A stretch of 64,000 nt of DNA from Narcine bancroftii. Taxonomy: Eukaryota. The notes under the pieces were generated by a model that worked only from the letters and a program-made list of their open reading frames with translations, was not told where the DNA came from and searched no databases. Both the position numbers and the translations under genes were made by a program. The stretch is taken from assembly GCF_036971445.1 (NCBI RefSeq), contig NC_091476.1:21948001-22012000 (forward strand). The letters run 5' to 3'. This document shows positions 1 to 12,106 of the stretch, piece after piece. Numbering within the stretch: position 1 is the stretch's first letter; each line of letters starts with the position of its first letter.

Positions 1-957
1 TCTATTTCATTCTTAAAAATATCAATGTACTTGTATTTAAGTAGCATCTTACATTGCAAGAGCATCACAGAATACATCACATAAAAATTTCCTCTGAATA
101 CAGTGACTCTTATGTTAGCAAATGCACATCTATTCCACCTTATAACTGGTGTTGAAATTAATGATCATATAATATTGCCTGAGAGGGAATGTTGCTGAGG
201 TCTCCAGAAGAAACACAACTTTGGAAACTGAACTGGCAAAAGTAACCGTGTTTAAACAAAAATCTGCAGATGCTGTGATTGCAGTTTACATGAAAGTGCT
301 GGAGAAGTTCACCCACCATTTTATACAGATGCCTGTCTGCTTTTTGCTCACACCTTGATAAAGGGCTTAGGCCTGAAACGTTGGTTACGTATTTTGGTGC
401 ATGACTCACTGAGTTTCTCCAGCAATTTTGTGCAAAAAAAGCTAACTTTGTTGGTGTTTTCACTGAGCTCTTCAAGGATAAAAACACATTCTCACATCTT
501 TTTCCAACTCATTGATTTATCTTTTTTTTGTTTATAAATGCAATACAAAACAAGTTATAAACTTTAAACCATTGTATATACTGGTACACAGCTCCTATCC
601 AACTCTGTGTTTACACACTATCTAACCTCCTTCACCTTCGTAAAATGGTTTCTGTTGGTTTTGACAAGTCTCTGGTCTGAGATCTAAAGTATTAGAACCT
701 GCTCAAATTGTTATTGTGTGATGCTAAGGGGATTGTGGAGGTCTTGGTGAGACCAGTGCTTTATCAGTTACTTTGTAAAAGTGTTGATGTTTTAAAATCA
801 CATTGTTCACTTCTAAGTACTAATTTACAACAATAATTTTAAACATTAAGTATCAAATAAACATTATTAACACTAGTTAATGTCTCCTTATTATGTTAGC
901 TTTGCTACAAGCCAAAAAATTTGTTGTATACTGGGGCCAATACAAGATTTCACTGAC

Positions 958-1272
958 CTGACAGTAAAGTCTGTAGAGAGGTACAGCAGCATATGATATG
1001 CCAATCATTCCAATTGCTGTTGCTGCTATGTATGTAAGTACAGTTCTATTCCTCTTTCTCCATTCCTCTTCCTGATTTCTAGTGAAGGGATTAGGACCCT
1101 TCAAACTTCTCAGTGGCTGCTGAGATGTCAGATTTTTCAGTTTCTTAAGGGTAAACCGTTGAAATGTGGAATGCAATCTTGGTAAATGAAACTGTGGTAG
1201 CCTTCTTGCACAGGCTTTACAAGAGGGCACCATGTAAAGTTTTGAGAAGCTTGTCCAACAGGACCAAAGCAT
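958..1272 (-). CDS. COX11: Cytochrome c oxidase assembly protein COX11, first coding exon (mitochondrial presequence and TM helix); the rest of the gene lies left of the window
   Basis: Translation ...NPFTRNQEEEWRKRNRTVLTYIAATAIGMIGISYAAVPLYRLYCQ matches the COX11 SYAAVPLYRLYCQ motif. Donor CAG|GTCAGT at 958/957. Upstream acceptor TTATTGCAG| at 1342/1341 means the ATG lies in an internal exon. Confidence 0.93.
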
Positions 1273-1772
1273 GCCGATAATTAACCAGGTTGCAGTATTT
1301 TCTTTTTTTCAATGCTAATAGGCTGCAGTTTCTGGGAAGACCTGCAATAAATATCAATTGAAATTAAATGTAAAAAAAATTTCTATAATGCATTAAGAAC
1401 AAACAAGTTTGGTTATTGTATTCTAAATGCTGAGTCCAATGTTAACTGGGTGAGGAAGGTGCCTATTTTTCTACCTTAATTAAGTGAATTCTTATTAATA
1501 TTACTTCTGCATAACTATCTTGATTTACATTTTCCCGTTTCTGAAGGATGAAAGATTGCATTTTCTTTCTCCTGAAATCAATGTACATTGTTCCCCCTCT
1601 ACTGGCTCACAAATGCTACTACACTACTGGCAAATGCTACCCACATACCAGAGTATGAGAAACAGGGCAAGAGCAAATGGCGAATGTAAATCTCATTGTC
1701 TCAATCCATCAATGTTTTGCAGATATCACTTTGCTCATATTATTAATTGCCAACACCATTATATACAAGTAT

Positions 1773-1826
1773 TTCTTCTTTGGCTTGGCTTCACGGACGA
1801 AGATTTATGGAGGGGTAAAGTCCACG
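1773..1826 (-). mobile_element. Very short 3' end of an RTE-clade LINE
   Basis: Reverse complement matches the ACGTGGAC...CTTCGTCCG(C/T)GAAGCCAAGCCAAAGAA tail seen near 4750-4802, 23875-23930 and 43635-43693. Confidence 0.8.
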
Positions 1827-2074
1827 TATATATTAGCATAATAAATCTCACTAAATAAAATACTGAACAATTCAACATCAAATTCAGACTGCGGCTGATG
1901 GAAGGTGGAGCAACAAACAGCTGGACATACTCAGAGAATTGAGCAGCACCAGTGCAAAAAAAAAAGAAGCATCAATGTTTTGCGCTGGAACTCTTCATCA
2001 AGAACAATTCTTTTTCTCCCCTTGATGTTGCCCAATCCACTGAATTCCTTCAGCAAATTATTTGTCAAATATTG

Positions 2075-3510
2075 TTATTTTTTGGCAATACATGCTTGCA
2101 CATGTCACAGACAAGAGAACCAGAAATGTCTCTTTACAAGATTTAAGGTGAAACATGCAGCCTCTTCCATAATTAGGACTTCTGACAAGAATTTATTTAG
2201 CAAGAACATATTTTAATATAGCTTCTAATTTTTTTCTTTAGTTACAAATGTAATTTACTTTTTTCAACAGCTAATAATGGACTGATATTCTGCAGCAAAT
2301 GTCTCACCTTCTGTTCAACGGAGCATTTCCAGGGCACTCTGAGAAAGCAACGATATGTTTTCCACAATCTCTTAAGGGCAGGTGCAACGACACTTAGAAG
2401 CTTGATAGTAAAAGAAAAGCCATTAGATGAGGACACTATTCAGCAGAACCAACACCCCCAGTAACAACTCTGCATCACAGCTACAGTGAACAATCTACAA
2501 GATTAACAACTATTCTCAACTCATGAGGTGGATGTGACTGAACACCACACTGCTCCAGGTGACACATTATAAAAGTTTCCTTAATGACTACCAAAAAAGT
2601 AAATTCTCTCTATCCAAACAATGCAACATGACAGCTTGAACAGTTTCACTACACTTTCATGACCAATGCATCAAAATCTTTAAAACCTCTTCTTTAAAGC
2701 AGAATAGATCATTGTTTGCTCATGTTATAGCCAAGATAATCTGAAATGTCTCAACAAAATTCAAAGTGAAACATGCAGCCTCTCTTCCACAATTAGCAGT
2801 TCTGGCAAGATTTTTAGTATGAATATATTTTAATATACTGGTAATTTCTAAATTTTGTGGAGTCCAGTGATTTAAGATGACAATTTATTATCATTGTCTC
2901 AGGGGGAAATGTGAATGGGTACCATGTATTTGGCTTGTCAGTAACATCCTCTGAAATGTATAAAAATGTGAATACAACTGAAATGCACAATGAAACAATA
3001 GGTTCTCTTCTCTCCATTCAAAATATGCTTAAAAATCTCCGACAATCTGCCGTGTTGTGTCCGTTTCGTTGGATTTGCCATCTTCTGACATTATTGGTGA
3101 CGACTATCAGGAATGACAGTTCTCCTCTGTAGATGATTTTTCATGGCTGACAGCACTTCTGGCATAAAATCACGTCCTCTTCAGGAAGACTAAAAAATAC
3201 TGCAGTCATGGCTATTTTAAAAAAATGTATTTGCAGAGGGATCTTCCTCAGGTTTGCCAAAAGGAAAATCACTGTAGGGCCTTGTGACCTGCCTCCTCTC
3301 AGCCACTGAGGAGATTCATTCAGATTCCCAATGCAGATTTCATTCATCCGTTGAGGTCCAACTGATGAGATCTTAATTAGGTGGGATATTCAGAAAAATT
3401 AACATCATCATACAGAATTTTTGTCAACCTCACAAAGTACTTTTTCTTCATCAACTAGGAGTCGATGGAACATTGTTCTCAAATATGGTTGTCCGCAGAT
3501 ACATGTTACC
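2075..3510 (-). pseudogene. Decayed coding sequence with two RGS-like (regulator of G-protein signalling) domain repeats, inside COX11 intron 1
   Basis: Manual translation through stops and frameshifts gives SEIFKHILNGE.EENLLFHCAF...ILKYIHTKKILPELLIVEEAACFTLNFVRHF and MLHCLDRENLLFW*SLRKLL...LEAILKYVLAKKFLSEVLIMEEAACFTLNLVKRHFWFSCL. There is an internal nucleotide duplication, 2121-2235 vs 2741-2856. Confidence 0.45.
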
Positions 3511-4501
3511 CTTGTAATGAGCCTAACAAGCTACTTTGAAGCTAACCCAAAACATATTGGCCAGGCAAGGCAGTCTAATTATACAAAACTGCACTTAAAC
3601 AACAAATCTAGAGACATGTTCATGACGATAAAGGCTGATTCTCAATCTCGCTCACAGCAATACTGTGTGTTATGTCCAGCAAACTTTCTAATGGTGAAAG
3701 GATGATCTATCAAAAGAATGGAACACTCTTCAGCCTTCATCACCTCCACTGCCAAACCAACCTTAGTTATTAACAAATGTTATGCGCGTGTGCACTCCCA
3801 GAGATAAAAGAGGTCCAAATTAATGTTGATTCATTCAGTAAAGCATTCAAGATGATGCACTTTCCATGAAACATCCAGAAGACAAACATCTTTTATCAAC
3901 TGTCGGACTCTGGCTTTACCTTACTCTTAATTTAGTCTATGTGTGGTCTGAGTCCAGCATATTCTTTGAATGAAGTGATAGGAGAAGGTATTCGGTTCAA
4001 CAGTCAATTTATTACACAGCACAAGAATAAAGCTTAACAGAGCTCTGGGTCAGTCGTTAGTTCATAGGTCACCTGCACACCTATTCCCCAAGACTGACCC
4101 CTATTGTCCAGTTGGCTGTTTATATAGATCAACCTTATCATACAGAACAAAAGTTGTCTTCCTTTGCTAGATCTTTTTGCATAAGGGTTATCACAAGTCA
4201 TCTTCTGGTTTGCAGATATCTGGGGTGTAGCGCTCCCATCTTAATCCTCCAGGCCAGACTATCCTGTTGTTTTGATCAGAAATTAATTCATCCCCAGATA
4301 TTTCTAATCACCATTCTGTTCCTGTCTGGCCAATTTCTGCTGTTCTCTTTAACACCTCCTCATGCTTTAATCTTCCTCCTAGACTGGTTTTCCATTCCCT
4401 TTGTTTCTTGCAGGCTATTCTTTGTTCTGGTCTGGCCTGTGTCTCCTGTGCTACTCACCACCTCCTTCAGTTGAGCATTCCTCCCAAATCGTTTTATGCA
4501 T

Positions 4502-4802
4502 TTCTGGTGCCTGCCACATTGACCACCGCCAGTTGGCTGATATCGCCTCAAACCCTGCATCTTGGCGCCTCACAGTTCGGCGGGCAGCAACCTCCTTTGA
4601 AGAAGACCGCAGAGCCCACCTCACTGACAAAAGACAAAGGAGGAAAAACCCAACACCCAACCCCAACCAACCAATTTTCCCCTGCAACCGCTGCAACCGT
4701 GTCTGCCTGTCCCGCATCAGACTTGTCAGCCACAAACGAACCTGCAGCTGACGTGGACATTTACCCCTCCATAAATCTTCGTCCGCGAAGCCAAGCCAAA
4801 GC
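4502..4802 (+). mobile_element. RTE-clade LINE 3' fragment (young family)
   Basis: Encodes GACHIDHRQLADIASNPASWRLTVRRAATSFEED...CNRCNRVCLSRIRLVSHKRTC, a C-terminal zinc-finger-like end. Near-identical to the copies at 23395 and 43369. Confidence 0.85.
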
Positions 4803-5619
4803 AAGATTTTGGGAGCAGACAATTTTGCTCAGCCAACTTTGCTCCATGCTGTGATTGCCACTTCATCACATTCCTCTTTTTCCCTGAACCATGCAGTAAA
4901 TATAAAATTATTAATTAATCATTTCTTTCATAATGTTTTAACTCCTAGATTCCAACACAACCTGTCCATGCCAAGCAATGCCACCCCTGACAATCACAAT
5001 CCACCACAATACACTGGAAAATGTGGTTCGTCCTCCATTTTTCAGAAGCCATCGATGACATCGTTCACGACTACCTCGTCTGCCAGCGTAGCTCGGGGCC
5101 AATAGAGAAATAGACCGTTTGCATACCAAACGAGGCCAACCTCATTGCCTATGAGGCAAAATTTATACCAGCCTTCTTGCATGCTTCAGAGACGTGGACT
5201 GACAGTCAGGACTTCAAATTATTGCATAAATGTTGCATTACATTTTCCAAATGCAATAGCAGCTCTGGTGAAACTTTGTTCTCTGCTTGAAACTCTGGTC
5301 ATATCCAGCCAGCTCCAATAAGGGGGCATACTTGACACTTGATCACTGAACTAATGAATTCCAGCTCAGCAAGCAATTTCCAGAGAACACAGAATATCAC
5401 TCTCCAGATTTGACCTTTTACAACCCTGCAGCCATCATATTGGAGAACACTGCTCTTGACTCCACGGACGTGGCAATCATATCATCCCATTCCAGTCTGG
5501 GGCTGCGCCTGTCTGTCCTCAACCGGAAACTGAAATGGTGTGATCGGCGTGTCCATGGCCAAGGGACAACGTCCAGGGTGGACGTCATGCAAATGCTCAG
5601 AGCAGTGGAACTCACCCTC

Positions 5620-5775
5620 CCCTCGTCCCACACCGACAGGCCTCCCCCTCGTCCCACACCGACAGGCCTCCCCCTCGTCCCACACCGACAGGCCTCCCCC
5701 TCGTCCCACACCGACAGGCCTCCCCCTCGTCCCACACCGACAGGCCTCCCCCTCGTCCCACACCGACAGGCCTCC
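5620..5775. repeat. GC-rich minisatellite, 6 perfect copies of 26 bp (CCCTCGTCCCACACCGACAGGCCTCC)
   Basis: Counted directly; explains the repetitive ORFs at 5410-5955. Confidence 0.97.
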
Positions 5776-5779
5776 GGCC

Positions 5780-6110
5780 GACCGGCGCCCATCCCTCGTC
5801 CCGCCGCGGCTCCTCACCCCAGGAGACAAGACCCCGAAGGCCTGTGGGCCGGCCGGCCTGCGCCTGACTCGCCGACGGCCAGTGGAATCACCTTTTTGGT
5901 GAAAGGGCTGCTCCCTTTCGAGGGTAACTGAACAGTATCGGATATTTATCGTCACGAAATAACGATTGGCCCAGGCACTACATCTCCAAGCTGTTCTGCG
6001 GTCGAGACGCGCGTGGAGTGGGAAGACTACAGATCCCAGCGTGCCGAGCAGCGGCTGGACGCATGCGCACCAGTGCCCGTTATTTTGTCCGTGCGGGGAA
6101 GATGCGTAGG
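5780..6110. promoter_or_regulatory. CpG-rich bidirectional promoter shared by RBM41 (+) and COX11 (-), probably including a non-coding COX11 exon 1
   Basis: Locally high CpG density. ZNF143/THAP11-type motif ACTACAGATCCCAGCGTGC at 6026-6044. NRF1-like ACGCATGCGCA at 6059-6069. Candidate minus-strand donors GG|GTGAGG (5818/5817) and AAG|GTGATT (~5891). RBM41 ATG at 6102. Confidence 0.75.
6102..6109 (+). CDS. RBM41: RBM41 coding exon 1 (ATG CGT AG)
   Basis: ATGCGTAG|GTAAGT is a consensus donor; phase 2 joins exon 2 to give MRRVSS..., similar to human MKRVNS. Confidence 0.8.
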
Positions 6111-9100
6111 TAAGTGAGAGCGACCAAATATAGAGGGTATTGATTCGGATTTATATGTCACAGAGGAATTGGTAATGGGACAAGGTGTCAGCACGACAAG
6201 AGCGGGTTATTAATTCTGATTCGGCTTGAGGAGACTTGCTGGATTCAGTGATAGAGAAGCCGAGAGTCGGAGGAGAGATGGCCGCCCGTGCAGAGACTTG
6301 GGTCGTCAAGGAGGGGCAAGAAAACGTACCACGGCTCTTTGGGCTAACAGACCTCGGTCAACAATGACCATTTGCGCTTTTCCAGCAACTAGAACGGGAT
6401 CTACAGTTTAAATCCAGACTATAGACCATTAAACACAAAGCTTTCCTCATCCTCATCGTTGAATTTCCCTTTCTTTTGTTCGCTTGATCAAATTTGATTC
6501 AGAGGGGCTCTGTCCAGAGACCTGAGCAGACACATTCATGACCTGATTCCCCCCAGAGGTCCTACCTTTCTTGCTGGAAGCGGACGCTGCGTGTATGATT
6601 GGCGAGTCCAAGGTTGGACGTGCTCGTCATGTACTTCAGGATTTATTGTCACCAACAGATCATGAAACTCGGGTCATAATAATTCAACATGTTTCCATCA
6701 TCTCCACCTGGGAGAATAAATGAATGATTGGAGATGTTAAAAATGTTAATCTGGCTTCAGAAACAAAAAAAAAAGAAACTGAGCCACTTCTACAATGGGA
6801 GGGAGGAGGTCTTCTAGATTGGCTAGTATCAAATAAATTAGTGGTTTCCATCAATATATAGTTTTGGTACCTTGACTCTGGGAAAGAATAGAATACATTC
6901 ACAGGAATATTGCAGCTAAAGAAGTTCATTGTGAATTTATTTTGCAATTGAAAATCAAGAAACAGATATAGGATGTTAAGAATGGAACATCGAAAACACA
7001 TCAAATAAGGCAATATTTGTAGAGAAAAAAAACATTAATGTTTGACCTTTCATCAAAACTAGGAAATTTAAGTGAAACATGTTGAGTTGCAGAAAGGGGC
7101 CATGTAGTAAAGTGTTGGGTATTCATATTGATATACTTCAACTCAATATAAATTCAAGTTTTTCAAAAATTAAATTGGAATCTATAGGTTCATTTAAAGT
7201 AACTTTCCTTTTCCTTACGACTTGTTCAGGTTCTTTTTTTTTGTTCTGATGAAAGTTCAACAAACTGGAATTTTAGCCATTTTAATAAATGATGTTGTTC
7301 TTCCTTTAATTTTTGTTTTCACTTTTGTTTGGTATGTCTAAATAAACAATCCTGATTCATACACATAAATTCACTCACACTTAAGAGGCCAAATAAGAGT
7401 AATGCTTACATGTCAATGAGAAAGCTTATCCATGAGAAGGAAACTTTCACCGAGTCTTTTTGCTTTTGATCTCTGCTCCGTTCTGCACTTTTCCATAAAG
7501 AAAATAATTGAAATGGTGTATTTGGTATACATACAGGAAAGGTTCTGCTATATACCTGTTACTTTGACCTGCATTCTGCTGAGTGGATGCTCAGGTTCCC
7601 TCTTGTTCCAGACTCAGTGTGATTTTGCATCTGCCACACAAATGGCCCCCTCTGTGTTGTCAGTAGTGAAAATTGCATTAGCTGGGCAAGCCAGGATGGT
7701 CACTTCCCATTTTGCAGAATAAATTTTAACAATTAACCAAGCCCTACTACCCCTTGTATTCTTTCTGTCAAATTTTTCAAGCTTTGAGAATTCATCTGTA
7801 CACCCATGTCATTCAGAAGCATTAAAAATAGGAATTAAAATCACTTTAAAAAGACTAAATAAATAGAATCAATGCAGCAAACACAAATAATTAAAAGGAA
7901 TATAGACTTAATTTCTTGACAACTGCAAAATATCCATAAAACATTCTTGATTGGGTTTCTGGATCTGTGTGTGGAAGAGGTTATATAAGCATATTTTCTA
8001 GCATAAATATGGGAATTGAGCATTGTGTTGTCCCATTTGATTCTGTGGATTTCAATGACTGTATCCACTAATTCACCAGCTGGAATCTGTCAGCAACTTC
8101 AGAAAAAATGTATTTTGATGTGGACATGTGAAAATCTTAAACTTTCCAGTATCTACAGGTATAGATGCCAACTGTATCCAATGTTAGCATTAATCAAAAA
8201 ATTTCAATCCATTGTGTTCACTAAATATAAAATGCAATGAACATTGAAAATAATGCCAGTTTTATTTACTGTAAATCTCATTCTCACCATGAATAACTTA
8301 TCTTTTATCACCTCTCATTTCTTACAAATCAAAGGTATAGCTATGGGCATTTTCATGGGTTCTAGCTAAACCAGCCGTTTTGATGGCTATATGGAATAAT
8401 CCTTGTTTCAAATCTATCCTGGCTTCCTTTATCATCATGTTATAAAAACAGTTCATTTAGTCTGCCATAAGGCAGACAGATTTGCCATCAGCAAAAATTT
8501 CTGGGTGCCTCTTACAGTCAGAGAAAAAGAAGCAAAAGAGAGACCCCCAAAGTTACGGAGTGTCCATGGATTAGTCTCCAGCACCCCCGTAGCCACACAG
8601 AACACAGTCCAAGCCATCAGCAACCCAAGTTCCAGATTCAAACCTCCAGTACTATTAGGACCCTTGAGTGTTCTCGACACCCTCTTGCATCCTGGTTCTG
8701 ATACTCCTTCAGTCAGTCTTGAGCCAGTCCAGCAGTCCACAGCCTGGTGTGAATCCTTTGACTGCAGTCTTCCCCAGCTGCAGCCAGTATGTTGCTCGCC
8801 TCAAGTCACCAACCACAGATCCTTCAATGGTCAGCATCCTGTGCGTCGACTCCTTTGGTTCTCCTTCTCAAACAGTGGGGTGGGGGGGGGGGGTGGTTTC
8901 CAAGTTTTCTGGTCCTGCTTCAGTCCTCTGCTTCCCTGGAGTCTGAAACCCCTCGTAGCTGCTGCCAATCATAGGTGCTGCCACGTTGGTCCAGGTCGAC
9001 TCCTTTGACAAAACATTTAAAGGCTGTACGGAGGAGACAACAATCAGATGGGGCTGTTGGACCCTGCAGGGGAAACTCTGTATCTCCAGTCCACGCTCTT

Positions 9101-9274
9101 CGCAGGTCCACACCAATGACAGCGCTGCCATTACAGCATCTCTGGCAGCGCCTCCATTTTTATGTCTGTGACATCTGTTACATAAGTGGTTTTCAAACTA
9201 CCCCCTAAACTCACATTCCACCTTCAGGAATCCCTATGCCTTAAGTGCTCTGTGGTTAGTGAGCCTGACATAAA

Positions 9275-10330
9275 TGGGAAAATTTGTGGAGAAGATTGTG
9301 GTAAACAGCATCTCTTTGCATTTGGAGAGGCGAGGATTGATTAGGGAAAGTCAGCATGGCTTTGTGCATGAGAAATTGTGTCTCATAAATTGGAGTTTTT
9401 TTGAAGTAGTGATCAAAAGGATTGATGAGCAGAGTAGAAGACATTCTCTATTTGGACTTTAGTAAGACCTTTGATATGGTTCCACATTGTAGACTAGTCT
9501 GGAAGTGTAGATAATGTGGGATCCAGGATGAGCTGGCCAATTGCACTGTTGGCCTAACTGTGAATATTTTGGAAAAAATATTCTTTATATTCATGACCTT
9601 TTTTCTTGTGTGTTAATTATGTACATGGGATGCTGCAGCAAGTAAAACTTCCATTGCATCTGTACATTGTACTTGTGTAGATGACAAATGTTCATTAATT
9701 TGTTCAGATACAAAATTGGCTTGTTAGTGGAGGGCTATTTTGAAAGCCAGTGACTAGCAGTGTTGGTGCTGGGTCCATTGTTATTGTCATCTAGATTACT
9801 GAAGGGATGAGAATGTACTTGGGATGATCAATAACTTAGTACATAATATCAAAATCAATGGTATCATGGACAGTGAAAAGTGTTTCTAAGATTACAACAG
9901 ACTTAATCCTAGATCATCTAGGAAAGTGGGACAAAGAATTGCAGATGGAATTTAACTCAAACAATGTGTGGTGTTCTATTTTGGGAAATTAAACCTGGGC
10001 AGATGTGCAATAAAAGGCAAGGCTCAGAAGCATGTTATTGAATGGAGAGACCAAAATGTACAAATGCATAGTTCCCTGAAAGTGAAGGGATGGGTTGGTT
10101 AAGAAGACATTTGGTCATGGCAATAAGTACAAGAATTGGAACATCTTGTTACGACTGTAAAAGACATTGGTGGGATCATATTTGGAGTATTCTGTACAGT
10201 TCTTGTCACCTAGCCATAGGAAGGATATCATTAGGCTGGAAAGGCCCAGAAAAGATTTTTAAGAACATCATTGGGAACTGGAGGGTTAGAGTTAAGGAGA
10301 AGCTGGATTGGTTGTGATTTCTTTTTCCCC
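9275..10330 (+). mobile_element. Decayed CR1-clade LINE (RT and 3' region)
   Basis: GLIRESQHGFVHEKLCLIN and typical CR1 downstream motifs, with many frameshifts. Confidence 0.75.
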
Positions 10331-10339
10331 CTGAAGTGT

Positions 10340-11170
10340 AGAAGACCTTCAAAGTTCATATGTATTGTTATGACATCATAGGATTCTACAGGCCAGGCAG
10401 AATTTCTACTTATTGACAGTGCAAAAAAGTGCTCTCAAGAAAAGATGTGTTTCTAAAAGAGAGAAATGTGAACAAAGAAATGTAAACAAACTGCAATGCA
10501 GAAAAATATTCAATAATAAACAATGTGTAAAGGAAAAGTCTTTAAATGAGTCTCTGATTGAGCGTTATTTAGGAGTCTAATGTTTCTGAACCTGGTGATA
10601 CGGGTCTTGTGGCACCTATACCTCTTTCTGGCAGTAGTGAGAACAGAGCGTGTCCTGGGTGGTGTGAATACTTGATTTTTGCACTCTGTATTGATTTTCT
10701 CAATGGTGGGGAGAGTTTTGCTTGTGACCTATGGGGCTGTGTCCATTATCTTTTGCAGGGCTTTCCACTCAGAGGTATTGGTGCCCCATAGCAGGTCATG
10801 ATGCAACCAGAGCACACTTTCCACTACACATCTGTAGAGGTTTGCCAAGATTTTTTGATGTCCTGAAGGAGTTGAGGCACCGACGTGCTTTCTTCACAGC
10901 GACATTAGTATATTGGGTCCAGGAAAGGTCCTCCGAGATAGTGACTCCAAGGAATTTAAATTTGCTCACCATCTCCACCTCTGATCTGACAATTATCACC
11001 TCTGGTTTTCTCTTTCTAAAGTCCACAATCAGTTCCTTGGTTTTGGTGACATTGAGTGCAAGGTTGTTGTTAGTTCACCATTTGGCCAATCTCCCTCTTG
11101 CATGTTGACTCATCATCCTTTTTTATTCAACCCACTACCATGGTATCGTCAGCATTTGTAGATGGCCTTA
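10340..11170 (-). mobile_element. Rex1/Babar-like LINE 3' part
   Basis: MDFRKRK...VEMVSKFKFLGVTISEDLSWTQYTNVAVKKARRCL is typical of the Rex/Babar RT C-terminus. Confidence 0.75.
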
Positions 11171-11410
11171 CTGACATATATAAAATTATGATGTGCTTTG
11201 AAAGGTGAATGATCGTAGTGTTTTTCCCAAGAAGGGAGTCAAAATTTAGAGGTGGTGGAAGGGGAAAGATTTTAATGGCACCTGAGGGAAAACTGTTTCA
11301 CAAACACTGGTGTGTGAAATGTAAGTGGAAATGAGCTATCAGTGGAAGTGATAGGTAAAATTGGTAGTACAGTGGTAGGTACAGTTACAAAGTTTAAATG
11401 ACATTCTGAT

Positions 11411-11753
11411 ATGGTAATTGATAAAGATGGTAATTGATAAAGATGGTAATTGATAAAGATGGTAATTGATAAAGATGGTAATTGATAAAGATGGTAATTG
11501 ATAAAGATGGTAATTGATAAAGATGGTAATTGATAAAGATGGTAATTGATAAAGATGGTAATTGATAAAGATGGTAATTGATAAAGATGGTAATTGATAA
11601 AGATGGTAATTGATAAAGATGGTAATTGATAAAGATGGTAATTGATAAAGATGGTAATTGATAAAGATGGTAATTGATAAAGATGGTAATTGATAAAGAT
11701 GGTAATTGATAAAGATGGTAATTGATAAAGATGGTAATTGATAAAGATGGTAA
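11411..11753. repeat. Perfect 16-bp minisatellite (ATGGTAATTGATAAAG), about 21 copies
   Basis: Counted directly; lies in a CR1-like 3' end within RBM41 intron 1. Confidence 0.97.
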
Positions 11754-12106
11754 GAGAGATGTGGGCCAAATGTAGGTAAATTTTACTAGCTCAGTAGGCA
11801 TAGATAAGTTGGGCCGAAGGGCCTGTTTCTGTGTTGTGCAACTGAAACAGAGTAAATCTCAAGTAGAGTAGATTTATTTCTTTTAGCGATTTATAATGTG
11901 TTCCATACTTACATTTTGTATGGCATTGATTTTAAATAAATATTTTTTGCAATGTTTTAAAGGAAATTTGCTGATGAAAATTTATACATGACGTTTATAT
12001 ATCACTTTTAATTTTTATCCCTCAAAGAACTAAGATAAAAAATGAAGAATTTATTTGGGTCTTGATAATTAAGATTTGTATTGCCATTTTGTTTAACACC
12101 ATTTAG

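Noticed and set aside
2140-2800. LLIVEEAA resembling a helicase or herpesvirus terminase Walker B motif
   Set aside because: No Walker A or other ATPase motifs nearby; the paired ENLLF motifs and duplication fit RGS-like repeats better.
5410-5955. Several 120-173 aa overlapping ORFs with repeated peptides
   Set aside because: They are by-products of the stop-free 26-bp minisatellite, with no protein similarity.
8403-9208. 201-aa ORF and neighbours in RBM41 intron 1
   Set aside because: They lie in a repeat-like insertion whose start resembles ~47790-47890, and show no protein homology.
11272-11801. ORFs repeating SITIFINYHLYQLPSL; regular array superficially CRISPR-like
   Set aside because: Pure 16-bp tandem repeat without spacers in a eukaryotic intron; no cas genes.
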